Source: Macrostomum hystrix (Eukaryota > Animalia > Platyhelminthes). From it: 64,000 nt of DNA. This document shows positions 25,230-39,400 of this stretch, one piece after another (positions within the stretch are counted from its first letter, which is position 1; every line of letters starts with the position of its first letter). The stretch spans positions 62,001 through 126,000 of the forward strand of contig CATNEN010000009.1 of NCBI GenBank assembly GCA_950097015.1, given 5' to 3'. Under the pieces are notes generated by a model, which was not told where the DNA came from, ran no database searches, and worked only from the letters and a program-made list of their open reading frames with translations. Made by a program: the position numbers and the translations under genes.

Positions 25230-28200
25230 ATGTCTGGAACTCCGACGAGTTCTGAGTCGTTTCTGTTCCCTGAGCCCCTGGTCCTCTGCGAGCTGCTGCT
25301 TCCAGCCGAGGTGGCTTTCGAATGCCTCGTCGCCCTGGGCAATTCCCCGCATCCGGTACACATCGGCGGTGACGGTGGCACCCGTGCCGGACCAGCAGTG
25401 ATCTCTGGACCAGCCAAACATTGCCGGGACCTGCTAATGACACTGGAATCCGTTCGTGGGTATCTAGCTGCCTACCGTGACTTTATCTACATGCACAGCA
25501 GCGGCAGTGACTCGCGCGAAGCCGATACGGACTCACTGGCCACTACACTCAAGCCAAAGATGCTCTTCGACTTGGAGGTGATGGCCACGGAACCTATCTT
25601 TAGCTGTGCAGTTTCCGAGAGGAATAAATATGAAGCATCAGATAAAACCTATACGAAACAAATTATAGCTCTCATTATACTTCTATCAACTGGTTGATCA
25701 GTAGTAAAAAATGCTATGTAGATTCTTCTGTTTGCGCCCTTAGGCAAGCATCTGCAGCCTTCAAGAAGACTTGAAAGAGTTAGCCAGGATGGAGACCGAG
25801 ATGAACGCCGAGTATGTCAGGCTAGTGCATCTTGTGAATATTCTTGACTGTTTCGAGAACGTCTTCTGGGCTGTAAGTGCCATGTCCAGCTGATTTAACC
25901 AGTTCCCGATTTGAAAATAGATACCGTCAATAGTAGATACAGTAGGTTAAAACACGAAAGTTAGAGTGGCGTGATAGGTCTTGAGCATTTTTGTGTACTT
26001 GCATATAATTTCATCGATTGCCGGGTACGCACTCATGATCAAAAGAACGAAAGTTTTTCCCTTTTTCAAAGCATTCTTCCCTCGCGCAGCTCTGCACACG
26101 CATAAATTACTTCAGCCAGCCACATTTTCTAGGAAACCAGTAGGCTTCAGGCGGTGGCCTGGTCCACACCAGCCACAGCGGACAGGGAGGCGGCGGGCGT
26201 CCTACTGCGCAGCACCAGCCTTTCGGAGCTAGACACGGCGTCGGACTCCCCTGACCAAAGCCTTCCGTATGTACATAAGGGGAATGCCAAATCATAAATT
26301 TACTATTCACTGAGACAATTAAAATTTGGTTCGACTTACGCCTTAAGCACCTCTTAAATTGCAGCTTTATAGTTGGTGTTGTGCCCACATCAAGGGCACA
26401 CCGCCTACGGCTTAGCGTGTGGCGAAGGTTTCACCTCACAGCCTTCTATACGGAGATTGCGATCAGGGATCAGCGCGACCTGGTGAGAGAAGACGGCTTT
26501 ATGCGAATCAATTTCAAGAATTTAACGTTTCCTTTGACTAGCCTGGACGCTAATACTAAAGAGTTATTAGGTAATAGGTAATAGCGTATCCGAGTCTGAT
26601 CGCAGCACACGTGCTGCGCTCGAATCTGCAATCGGTAAGACGCAGAAATCTTTAGCGCGTATTGGCAGAAAATGCTTGCGTGGCAGTTTACCCCATGCCG
26701 GACGCTCAGGGTGCGGAGCATTATTTTATTCAATTATTAATCCATGACACCAACCTGAAAATACTGCAGCGGGACGAGCCTGTGGAGCCACACAACGTGT
26801 TTCTCATTGTTTCGTTGTCGGAGGCGCAGAGTCACACGGCAGAACGGCTCTGCCGCATGCTGGGCGCCGAAGTTTTCTCGACGCCTTCCAGTCCGGAGCA
26901 GCGCAGTTCCCTGGCAGCTGAGACAAAGGAGCGCCTGAGCGAAATGCGCCAGGTATTCCTGGAGGGTGAAGAGCACCGGAAGCGGCTGGCGCTGAATGGC
27001 TGGACAAAGTGGCGTCGCTGGTACAGCCAGCTGACGGCAATGCAGTCGGTGTACCGTTCTCTCGCTAGTTTCAGCCAAGGCTTTGGCAAACAGTACTACA
27101 TTGGCGAAATCTGGTGCACAAGGGAAGCAGTCGAATGTGTGCACCAAGCCCTAGACGTCGGGTCCAGCAAGGCTTCTGGACTTCGAGCCACGGTGTGCCT
27201 AGTTGAGGACCACAGGCGCCAGCCGCCGACGCGGATGCCGCGGCACGAATTGACGGCTGCCGTCCGCGACCTTACGTACCAGTTTGGCGTGCCAGCGCAC
27301 AATGAGATCGATCCCACGCCTTTCACAGCCGTCACCTTTCCATTCTTGTTTGCTGTCATGTTCGCTGATTGGGGCCATGGCCTCTTGCTATTGGCGTTTT
27401 CGATGGCGTTATTCCTGCCACCAGGCCGCGTCATGCACCGAGACGTTGTTCGAAGCCTAGAGCCACTTCGACCAGGCCGCCACCTTCTGCTTATGTGCGC
27501 CATTTTCGCAGTTTACTGTGGCATCGTGCTAAACGAAGGATTCGGTCTTACGGTGGGTTGGCACAGCCACTCTCAGTTCTCGCTAGGAAATCACAATGAA
27601 ACTCGAGTCAACAAGTAAGTACTGGCGAATCTAACCTTCCAAGGTCTTATTTTCTACGATTGCTTGTGAGTATATCACTACACTATGAGTATATGTCCCA
27701 AAGAGGAAATAGTTTTAAGGACGAAATTTGGCGTTTTAATCTAGGCAAAAATGATTTAATCTTATCAAAACTTATGTAAGCAGTGCTTAAATAGTGGACT
27801 TATTCTTATAAGTTCCACTGATAAATTTACACTTAGGTTATCTTCAAGCCATCAGATTGAGCCAAAAAAAGATGGCTACATAATGAATTGGATTACAGAC
27901 TGCATTTGGGGGAGCGCAACAAATCAGGTAAGATACTGGTTGTCTTATCGATGACGCTTTTCATTGTACAAATGTTTTAAGTGCTTATAAAATAAATATT
28001 TAGTGTCGGTTTTTGCGCAACAGGTGCGATTCATGAACTCAGCGCGAATGAAGCTGAGCATCATCTTCGGCTCGCTACACTTGGGTCTTGGCCTCGCCCT
28101 CCAGCTCGTTAATGACGTCAAAGCAGATCGGACAGCCCGCCTGTGGCTGTTCAGCGCCGCCAAGCTGATCTTCCACTGTCTGCTCACAGGCTACCCCGTC

Positions 28201-29939
28201 GGCCTCATACTGCGCAAGTGGCTGGTCGTGCGGCCTTCGGATGCCGCCTGCGCACCGGCGCTACTGCCTATGCTGATCGCCATGTACCGCTTGGAGTATA
28301 CCGATACACCCTGCTACCTAGCCACCTACTACCCGGGACAGGTACTCAATCTGCCCTAGAATATCTATTCTATTGAGGATCTAGTGCCTACAGATTAGTA
28401 CGTCAGACGCCGACACCGGGAGACTGCAGGGGCTATCTACAACTAGGCTATTCAAAACTACAGTAGCTATCAAACAGGCGCTTCTGAAACTTCAGGGGGA
28501 TAACTGAACCTGCAGGGGGCTATCTGAAACTGCCGGGGCTATCTGAAACTGCAGGGAGCTATCTGAAACTGCAGGGAGCTATCTGAAACTGCAGGGAGCT
28601 ATCTGAAACTGCCGCGTGCTATGTGCTACTGCTAATCTCCGTTGCCACTTCTTCCTCAACTCCGCAGCGCTATGTGGAGCACGCGATCGTCGCTTGCCTG
28701 GCGGCCAGTGCCCTGCTTCTTATATTTGGTCTGCCAATTCACCACGCGATCGTCAGTAGTTCAATGATCCACGCTCCGTGGGAGAAGAAAGACTCCAAGG
28801 CAGCTGTGGAAGCTTCCTACGCTCTTGGAGACCAAGACTCATCGGTTCAGTTGACTGAGGACAACAATTCTGAATCGACACTGCCCCTTAAGCTGCTTTC
28901 ATCTTCCAGCAACATCAGTCATCGAGGCAGTCAATGGCCTCATAAGAAGCTGTTGCAGTCGAAGTCACAATCGTCGATGCTGAATGCACAGGTAGGCGGA
29001 AATGCAGTCGACCACCCAGTAGAGAAGCACTTCGACCTGCTGGAGCATTTTCTGGCTTGCTTTGAGTTCCTGCTCAGCTCGCTGTCACACTCGGCCTCCT
29101 ACCTGCGTCTTTGGGCCATCGGACTCGCACACGGAGGTCTGCCGGCCTAGAACTTTTATTTTTATTTTCACTTCCCTGATGTCTTCCTTATCCCATGTTT
29201 CACTGCAACTTAAGGAAGGATACATTAACTCCAGCTTTAACTGATCCTTTTAAAAAAACGATGTAACATCTAACTCAGTGCTGAGCCGGGTCAGTTCATG
29301 TACTAGGTCACACCCACCCAGATCTGTGCCTCAGCTGGGTAATCTGAAGAGAAATGAAAACTAATGACTTGCTTGAGGAATAAATTAGCTTCCTTTAGGC
29401 TTTGATTCTAACTCCAGAACACTTGACCTGGGTTCGAAAGCTCTTAAGAATTGGTCATGCATTATTGACAGCTTTTCTTCTGCAAATTCGTTTCCAGAGC
29501 TCACAGCCATCATGTGGCCAATGTTGCTGATGCCGCCGACCAGTCTGGCAGACCTGTTGGCTGGCAGTCCAATTGCAGCCCTCCTGCTTGGCGGCCTTGC
29601 ATTGGCGGCCAGCTTCTGTCTGTGGGCTTGCGTCACCGTCTGCATCCTGGTGGGCTTGGAGGGCATGACCTCACTGTTGCATTCACTACGGCTGCACTGG
29701 TGAGCGGCTTGCATAGTGCAACATGTAAACTGTGGAGCATTTCCAATAGGGTAATGCGATCGTGCGCTTTTCAGAAAATGTGAATTTTTTGACTCAACCA
29801 CAACCCCGCCAGGATCGAGTTTCAATCGAAGTTCTATTCTGGCGATGGCTATCTGTTCCGGCCGTTCTCCCTCAAGTTGGAAGTCAAGCAGGCCATGGAG
29901 AAATGTGTGGACGTCAAAACTACGGAGGACTTTCTCTAA
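25230..29939 (+). CDS. V-type H+-ATPase V0 subunit a, divergent paralogue (multi-exon)
   Basis: N-terminal FLFPEPLVLCELLL.AEVAFECLVALG; PPT; TFPFLFAVMFADWGHG; FMNSARMKLSIIFG; SHSASYLRLWAIGLAH; LEG...LHSLRLHW|IEFQSKFYSGDGYLFRPFS; stop TAA 29937-29939. Not all internal exon borders were resolved. Confidence 0.9.
28424..28612 (+). repeat. ~20-bp intronic minisatellite (GGGAGCTATCTGAAACTGCA)
   Basis: About 7-8 imperfect tandem copies inside a V-ATPase intron. Confidence 0.85.
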
Positions 29940-30446
29940 GACGCCTTCGGCTGGAAAAATAAATAAAGAAAGACCAACAAGCTTTAATCGGCTGACTTTC
30001 TGAGTTGAATCGTTGATTAATTTAGAAGTCTTTTAAATAAACGTTAAAGAAGCTTCGAAACCAAGTTTAATCAAACAGAACTTCACACTTTTCTTTGCGT
30101 TTTATTTAAATTTCGCAACAACTGGAACTGGAGAACAGAAGTTCTACTTCCAGGCTAGCAGATTTTTCAAGATTTCTAGGCTACCTCTTTCTTCAACGTG
30201 CCCTACATCCAGGGACAAATTCGACTTGTAAAACGAAGTCGGACTTTGGTCCTACGCTCTTACTACTAGCAAAAAGGACGAAGAATGTACGAGCTATTTT
30301 TCGAGTCATGTGTATAGTTACTTGTACGCTCGTATAATAAGTCTGCATGGACTTCATGATCCGTCAGAACTGAAAACTAGCGGCGCGCCTTGTTCTGTGG
30401 CTTTCTGCTGCTGTAGTTAATGCGATTTAATTTTGCTAACCGTTTC

Positions 30447-33400
30447 TCAGGTCATTAGAGGAAATGTGCACCATCCATTTAACTCGATCATGTCCATTAT
30501 AGTTAGCGAACCGCGGAAGGCTCCAAAGCAGCGGACGGTGCCGTTTAGACCATCGCTAGCGATACCCCAGCCAATGCGGACAGCCCGCGGGCCCGACTGG
30601 TCAAGGCAGAGGCCGCTGCTATTAAGGCCAGTAATGATGCCTACGGTACCTGTTGAGTTTAACATGCTCGTGACGCTGGAGCCGGAGAAGTTGATGCCAA
30701 TCATTACGAATTCGCTGTCAGTGTTAAGGGCCTAAGGCTGCTTCTCATTTGCTCAGTACATGTATATACATTTAGGGCTCCCGGTCACTCCGGATCACTT
30801 CATTCTCGGAGTGAGTGATCCGGACTGGCATTCTCGATTCTCGACGCCAATAAGCCACTGCACTACTTAAACGAGCCCTATATTTCCATGGCACATCTAT
30901 TTTGACTTACAAAGGATGTACCCCGACGTCATTATGCGGGATGCTGCTCATCATTTTTAGAGTGAAAACTAGCATGTTTTGCCCCCCTTCGGGGAGCAGA
31001 AATACTTTTAATTCGTCTAGTATATACTTTTTAGCAGCTGAATTTACAGCTTTTTATAGCTACAATGAACCCCCAGTTGACAATGATCCCCCAGTTGATG
31101 ATGATCCCCAAGTTGATGATGATCCCCTAGTTGACAATTCTCCCAGTTGACAATGATCCCCCAGTTGACAATGAACCCCCAGTTGACAATGAACCCCCAG
31201 TTAACAAAGATCCCCCAGTTGACAATGATCCCCCAGTTGACAATGATCCCCCAGTTGACAATGATCCCACAGTTGACAATGATCCCCCAGTTGACAAAGA
31301 TCCCCAGTTCACAATGATCCCCCAGTTGTCAATGATCCCACAGTTGAAAATGATCCCCCAGTTGACAATGATCCCCCAGTTGACAATGATCCCCCAGTTA
31401 ACAATGATCCCCAAGTTAACAAAGATCCCCCAGTTCACAATGATCCCCCAGTTGATGATGACTCCCCATTGATGATGATCCCCAGTTAACAATGTTCCTC
31501 CAGTTGACAATGTTCCCCCAGTTGACAATGATCCCCCAGTTGATGATGATCACCCAGTTGACAATGATCCCCCAGTTGACAATGATCCCCCAGTTGACAA
31601 AGATCCCCAGTTCACAATGATCCCCCAGTTGATGATGATCCCCCAGTTGATGATGATCCCCCAGTTGAAAATGATCCCCCATGCAGTTGACAATGATCCC
31701 CCAGTTGAAAATGATCCCCCAGTTGACAATGATCCCCCAGTTGACAATGATCCCCCAGTTGACAATGATCCCCCAGTTTACCATGATCCCCCAGTTCACC
31801 ATGATCCCCATTTTGATGATGACTCCCCAGTTGACGTTGATTTTTCAAACGCTGGGTTAGCCAAGATTCAAACTCAGGTTTCGCCATGTTTTAAACCCTG
31901 GTGGGCTATGATTCAAACTCTCGTTTTGCCATGATTCAAACTCTGGTTTAGCCATGATTCAAACGCTGGGTTAGCCATGATTGAAACTCGGTTTTTGTCA
32001 TGATTCAAACTCTGGTTTAGCCATGATTCAAACGCTGGGTTAGCCATGATTGAAACTCTGGTTTAGCCATGTTTCAAACTCTGGTTTAGCCATGATTCAG
32101 ACTCTGGTTTAGCCATGATTCAGACTCTAGTTTAGCCATGATTCAGACTCTGGTTTAGCCATGATTCAGACTCTGGTTTAACCATGATTCAGACTCTATT
32201 TTAGCCATGATTCAGACTCTGGTTTAGCCATGATTCAGACTCTGGTTTAGCCATGATTCAGACGCTGGTTTAGCCATGATTCAGACGCTGGTTTAGCCAT
32301 GATTGAAACTCTGGTTTAGCCATGATTCGGACTCTGGTTTAGCCATGATTCAGACGCTGGTTTAGCCATGATTCAGACGCTGGTTTAGCCATGATTGAAA
32401 CTCTGGTTTAGCCATAATTGAAACTCTGGTTTAGCCATGATTCAGACTCTGGTTTAGCCATGATTCAAACTCTGGTTTAGCCATGTTTCAAACTCTGGTT
32501 TAGCCATGATTCAGACTCTAGTTTAGCCATGATTCAGACTCTAGTTTAGCCATGATTCAGACTCTGGTTTAGCCATGATTCAGACTCTATTTTAGCCATG
32601 ATTCAGACTCTAGTTTAGTCATGATTCAGACTCTGGTTTAGCCATGATTCAGACTCTATTTTAGCCATGATTCAGACTATGGTTTAGCCATGATTCAGAC
32701 TCCAGTTTTGCGATGATTCAGACTCTGGTTTAGCCATGATTCAGACTCTAGTTTAGCCATGATTCAGACTCTGGTTTAGCCATGATTCAGACTCTGGTTT
32801 AACCATGATTCAGACTCTATTTTAGCCATGATTCAGACTCTGGTTTAGCCATGATTCAGACTCTGGTTTAGCCATGATTCAGACTCTGGTTCAGCCATGA
32901 TTCAGACTCTGGTTTAGCCATGATTCAGACTCTGGTGTAGCCATGATTCAAGATCTGGTTTAGCCATGATTCAGACTCTAGTTTAGCCATGATTCAAGAT
33001 CTGGTTTAGCCATGATTCAGACTCTAGTTTAGCCATGATTCAGACTCTATTTTAGCCATGATTCAGACTCTGGTTTAGCCATGATTCAGACTCTGGTTTA
33101 GCCATGATTCAGACTCTATTTTAGCCATGATTCAGACTCTGGTTTAGCCATGATTCAGACCATACATGCGCAACCTCCCAAATCTTAGCCGGCCGTGCGA
33201 CTTAGTTTTTGCTCTCATTTGCGACTTAGTTCGTTTCATTGCTCTATTTACGACTTAGTTTGCTCTCATTTGCTCTTTTTCTCTCCCCTTTTTCCTTTTC
33301 TTCACGCCTTCTTTTTTTGTCCCTTGGTCCCCCCTTTGATTTTTTTGCGCTTGGTCGATTGGTTTTTGCGACTTACCTTGCTTGGCCCTCGTTTCACCCG

Positions 33401-36400
33401 GCCGGTTCGGCCGGGTTGGCCGGGTGTTGCGCATGTATGATTCAGACTCTAGTTTAGCCATGATTCAGACTCTAGTTTAGCCATGATTCAGACTCTGGTT
33501 TAGCCATGATTCAGACTCTATTTTAGCCATGATTCAGACTATGGTTTAGCCATGATTCAGACTCTATTTTAGCCATGATTCAGACTATGGTTTAGCCATG
33601 ATTCAGACTCTGGTTTAGCCATGATTCAGACTCTAGTTTAGCCATGATTCAAGATCTGGTTTAGCCATGATTCAAACTCTGGTTTAGCCATGATTCAAAC
33701 TCTGGTTTAGCCATGATTCAAACTCTGGTTTAGCCATGATTCAAACTCTATTTTTGCAATGATTCAAACTCAGGTTTGCTATGATTTATGATATTTTATT
33801 TACGAAATGAAAAAAATAAATTAAAATAGTCTTCAATCACTACTGGCTGAAAATTAGTCTAAAATGATTTGACGCAGTGCAAAATCGAACCCTAGCCTAG
33901 CCTATAACCTATTCCTAGTGCCTACATATCGGCTATTCCGACTGTTGGTTAGTGGGTGCAAAAATCAGCCTTATAAAATGAATTCTCAAAGTTCTGGCTT
34001 TGTACAATGAAGTGAGAAAATAGAGTACACTCAGTCTCGCGGTTGGTTGTGTACATTTATTTCCAATTTGTCTCCAGAGTGCAGGCTTTAAATTCAATCA
34101 GCTAGGGGTTGTTGCGCAATTTGACGATGCAATTCTAATTCAGTGGCAGTCAGTGAATGAAACTCTCAATAGGCCAAGATAGTTTGACCTTTGAATTGGT
34201 CAAAAAACTTGTTTTTCGAATATTTAATCCCCTTAGCAATAAAGTTGAGCTTAATAAAAATACGTGTATAATTGTCCCCATATTTGGCATGACTAGCAAG
34301 TTTTGCTAGACTAGCAAGTTTTGCCCCCCTTCGGGGAGCAGAAATATTTTTAATTCGTCCAGTATATACTTTTTAGCAGCTGCATTTTCAGCCTTTTTTG
34401 CGCTACAATGATCAGTTGACAATGATCCCCCAGTTGATAATGATCCCCCAGTTGACAATGATCCCCCAGTTGACAATGATCCCCCAGTTGACAAAGAACC
34501 CCCAGTTGACAATGATCCCCCCAGTTGACAATGATCCCCCAGTTGATAATGATCCCCAATTGACAATGATCCCCCAGTTGACAATGATCCCCAAGTTGAC
34601 AATGATCCCCAAGTTGACAATAATCCCCCAATTGATGATGATCACGCAGTTGACAATGATCCCCCAGTTAATGATGAATCCCCATTGATGATGATTCCCA
34701 GTTGACAATGTTCCCCCAGTTGACAATGTTCCCCCAGTTGACAATGTTCCCACAGTTGACAATGATCCCCCAGTTGACAATGTTCCCCCAGTTGACAATG
34801 TTCCCACAGTTGACAATGATCCCCCAGTTGATGATGATCACGCAGTTGACAATGATCCCCCAGTTGACAATGATCTCCCAGTTGACAATGATCCCCCAGT
34901 CGACAATTATCTCTCAGTTGACTATGATCCCCCATTTGATGATGACTCCCAATTGATGATGATCCCCAGTTGACCATGATCCCCCATTTGATGATGATTC
35001 CACAGTTGACAATTATCCCCCAGTTGACAATGATCCCCAGTTGATAATGATCCCCCAGTTGACAATGATCCCTCAGTCGACAATTATCTCTAAGTTGACT
35101 ATGATCCCAAATTTGATGATGACTCCCAATTGATGATGATCCCCAGTTGACCATGACAATGATCCCCAAGTTGACAATGATCCCCCAGTTGACAATAATC
35201 CCCCAATTGATGATGATCACGCAGTTGACAATGATCCCCCAGTTAATGATGAATCCCCATTGATGATGATCCCCAGTTCACAATGTTCCCCCAGTTAATG
35301 ATGAATCCCCATTGATGATGATCCCCAGTTCACAATGATCCCCCAGTTAATGATGAATCCCCATTGATGATGATCCCCAGTTCACAATGTTCCCCCAGTT
35401 GACAATGTTCCCACAGTTGACAATGATCCCCCAGTTGATGATGAATCCCCATTGATGATGATCCCCAGTTCACAATGATCCCCCAGTTGATGATGAATCC
35501 CCATTGATGATGATCCCCAGTTCACAATGATCCCCCAGTTGATGATGAATCCCCATTGATGATGATCCCCAGTTCACAATGTTCCCCCAGTTGACAATGT
35601 TCCCACAGTTGACAATGATCCCCCAGTTAATGATGAATCCCCATTGATGATGATCCCCAGTTCACAATGATCCCCCAGTTAATGATGAATCCCCATTGAT
35701 GATGATCCCCAGTTCACAATGATCCCCCAGTTAATGATGAATCCCCATTGATGATGATCCCCAGTTCACAATGTTCCCCCAGTTGACAATGTTCCCACAG
35801 TTGACAATGATCCCCCAGTTGATGATGATCACGCAGTTGACAATGATCCCCCAGTTGACAATGATCCCCCAGTTGACAATGATCCCCCAGTTGACAATGA
35901 TCCCCCAGTTGACAATGATCTCCCAGTCGACAATTATCTCTCAGTTGACTATGATCCCCCATTTGATGATGACTCCCAATTGATGATGATCCCCAGTTGA
36001 CAATGTTCCCCCAGTTGACAATGTTCCCACAGTTGACAATGATCCCCCAGTTGATGATGATCACGCAGTTGACAATGATCCCCCAGTTGACAATGATCTC
36101 CCAGTTGACAATGATCCCCCAGTCGACAATTATCTCTCAGTTGACTATGATCCCCCATTTGATGATGACTCCCAATTGATGATGATCCCCAGTTGACCAT
36201 GATCCCCCATTTGATGATGATTCCACAGTTGACAATTATCCCCCAGTTGACAATGATCCCCAGTTGATAATGATCCCCCAGTTGACAATGATCCCTCAGT
36301 CGACAATTATCTCTAAGTTGACTATGATCCCAAATTTGATGATGACTCCCAATTGATGATGATCCCCAGTTCACAATGATCCCCCAGTTAATGATGAATC

Positions 36401-39400
36401 CCCATTGATGATGATCCCCAGTTCACAATGTTCCCCCAGTTGACAATGTTCCCACAGTTGACAATGATCCCCCAGTTGATGATGATCACGCAGTTGACAA
36501 TGATCCCCCAGTTGACAATGATCCCCCAGTTGACAATGATCCCCCAGTTGACAATGATCCCCCAGTTGACAATGATCTCCCAGTCGACAATTATCTCTCA
36601 GTTGACTATGATCCCCCATTTGATGATGACTCCCAATTGATGATGATCCCCAGTTGACCATGATCCCCCATTTGATGATGATTCCACAGTTGACAATTAT
36701 CCCCCAGTTGACAATGATCCCCAGTTGATAATGATCCCCCAGTTGACAATGATCCCTCAGTCGACAATTATCTCTAAGTTGACTATGATCCCCAATTTGA
36801 TGATGACTCCCAATTGATGATGATCCCCAGTTGACCATGACAATGATCCCCAAGTTGACAATGATCCCCCAGTTGACAATAATCCCCCAATTGATGATGA
36901 TCACGCAGTTGACAATGATCCCCCAGTTAATGATGAATCCCCATTGATGATGATCCCCAGTTCACAATGTTCCCCCAGTTGACAATGTTCCCACAGTTGA
37001 CAATGATCCCCCAGTTGATGATGATCACGCAGTTGACAATGATCCCCCAGTTGACAATGATCCCCCAGTTGACAATGATCCCCCAGTTGACAATAATCCC
37101 CCAATTGATGATGATCACGCAGTTGACAATGATCCCCCAGTTAATGATGAATCCCCATTGATGATGATCCCCAGTTCACAATGTTCCCCCAGTTAATGAT
37201 GAATCCCCATTGATGATGATCCCCAGTTCACAATGATCCCCCAGTTAATGATGAATCCCCATTGATGATGATCCCCAGTTCACAATGTTCCCCCAGTTGA
37301 CAATGTTCCCACAGTTGACAATGATCCCCCAGTTGATGATGAATCCCCATTGATGATGATCCCCAGTTCACAATGATCCCCCAGTTGATGATGAATCCCC
37401 ATTGATGATGATCCCCAGTTCACAATGATCCCCCAGTTGATGATGAATCCCCATTGATGATGATCCCCAGTTCACAATGTTCCCCCAGTTGACAATGTTC
37501 CCACAGTTGACAATGATCCCCCAGTTAATGATGAATCCCCATTGATGATGATCCCCAGTTCACAATGATCCCCCAGTTAATGATGAATCCCCATTGATGA
37601 TGATCCCCAGTTCACAATGATCCCCCAGTTAATGATGAATCCCCATTGATGATGATCCCCAGTTCACAATGTTCCCCCAGTTGACAATGTTCCCACAGTT
37701 GACAATGATCCCCCAGTTGATGATGATCACGCAGTTGACAATGATCCCCCAGTTGACAATGATCCCCCAGTTGACAATGATCTCCCAGTTGACAATGATC
37801 CCCCAGTCGACAATTATCTCTCAGTTGACTATGATCCCCCAGTCGACAATTATCTCTCAGTTGACTATGATCCCCCATTTGATGATGACTCCCAATTGAT
37901 GATGATCCCCAGTTGACCATGATCCCCCATTTGATGATGATTCCACAGTTGACAATTATCCCCCAGTTGACAATGATCCCCAGTTGATAATGATCCCCCA
38001 GTTGACAATGATCCCTCAGTCGACAATTATCTCTAAGTTGACTATGATCCCCAATTTGATGATGACTCCCAATTGATGATGATCCCCAGTTGACCATGAC
38101 AATGATCCCCAAGTTGACAATGATCCCCCAGTTGACAATAATCCCCCAATTGATGATGATCACGCAGTTGACAATGATCCCCCAGTTAATGATGAATCCC
38201 CATTGATGATGATCCCCAGTTCACAATGTTCCCCCAGTTGACAATGTTCCCACAGTTGACAATGATCCCCCAGTTGATGATGATCACGCAGTTGACAATG
38301 ATCCCCCAGTTGACAATGATCCCCCAGTTGACAATGATCCCCCAGTTGACAATGATCCCCCAGTTGACAATAATCCCCCAATTGATGATGATCACGCAGT
38401 TGACAATGATCCCCCAGTTGACAATGATCCCCCAGTTGACAATGATCCCCCAGTTGACAATGTTCCCCCAGTTGACAATGTTCCCCCAGTTCACAATGTT
38501 CCCCCAGTTGACAATGTTCCCACAGTTGACAATGATCCCCCAGTTGATGATGATCACGCAGTTGACAATGATCCCCCAGTTGACAATTATCCCCCAGTTG
38601 ACAACGATCCTCCAGTTGACAATGATCCCCCAGTTGACAATTATCCCCCAGTTCTGGTTTATGATTCAAACGCTGGGTTAGCCATGATTCAAACTCTGGT
38701 TGGCTATGATTCAAACTCTGGTTTAGCCATGATTCAAACTCTGCTTTAGCCATGATTCAAACTCTGGTTTAGCCATGATTCAGACTCTGGTTTAGCCATG
38801 ATTCGGACTCTGGTTTAGCCATGATTCAAACTCTGGTTTAGCCATTATTCAAACTCTGGTTTAGCCATGATTCAAACTCTGGTTTCGCCATGATTCAAAC
38901 GCTGGTTTAGCCATGATTCAGACTCTAGTTTAGCCATGATTCGGACTCTGGTTTAGCCATGATTCAAACTCTGCTTTAGCCATGATTCAGACTGTGGTTT
39001 AGCCATGATTCAGACGCTGGTTTAGCCATGATTCAAACGCTGGTTTAGCCATGATTCAAACTCTGGTTTAGCCGTGATTCAAACTCTGGTTTAGCCATGA
39101 TTCAGACTCTGGTTTAGCCATGATTCAGACTCTGGTTTAGCCATGATTCAAACTCTGGTTTAGCCATGATTCAGACTCCAGTTTTGCCATGATTCAGACT
39201 CTGGTTTAGCCATGATTCAGACTCTGGTTTAGCCATGATTCAAACTCTGGTTTAGCCATGATTCAAACTCTGGTTTAGCCATGATTCAGACTATGGTTTA
39301 GCCATGATTCAAACTCAGGTTTTCTTTGACAAACTCAGGTTTGCTATGATTTATGATATTTTATTTACGAAATGAAAAAAATAAATTAAAATAATCTTCA

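Noticed and set aside
30795-30832. Short hairpin CCGGATCACT...AGTGATCCGG
   Set aside because: A 10-bp stem with no TSD or other context; could be chance or an unassignable TE remnant.
31127-38753. Many long ORFs (LGDHCQ, NWGIIV, PQLTMI repeats)
   Set aside because: Translations of the 18-bp satellite; open in several frames on both strands, with no evidence of a real gene.
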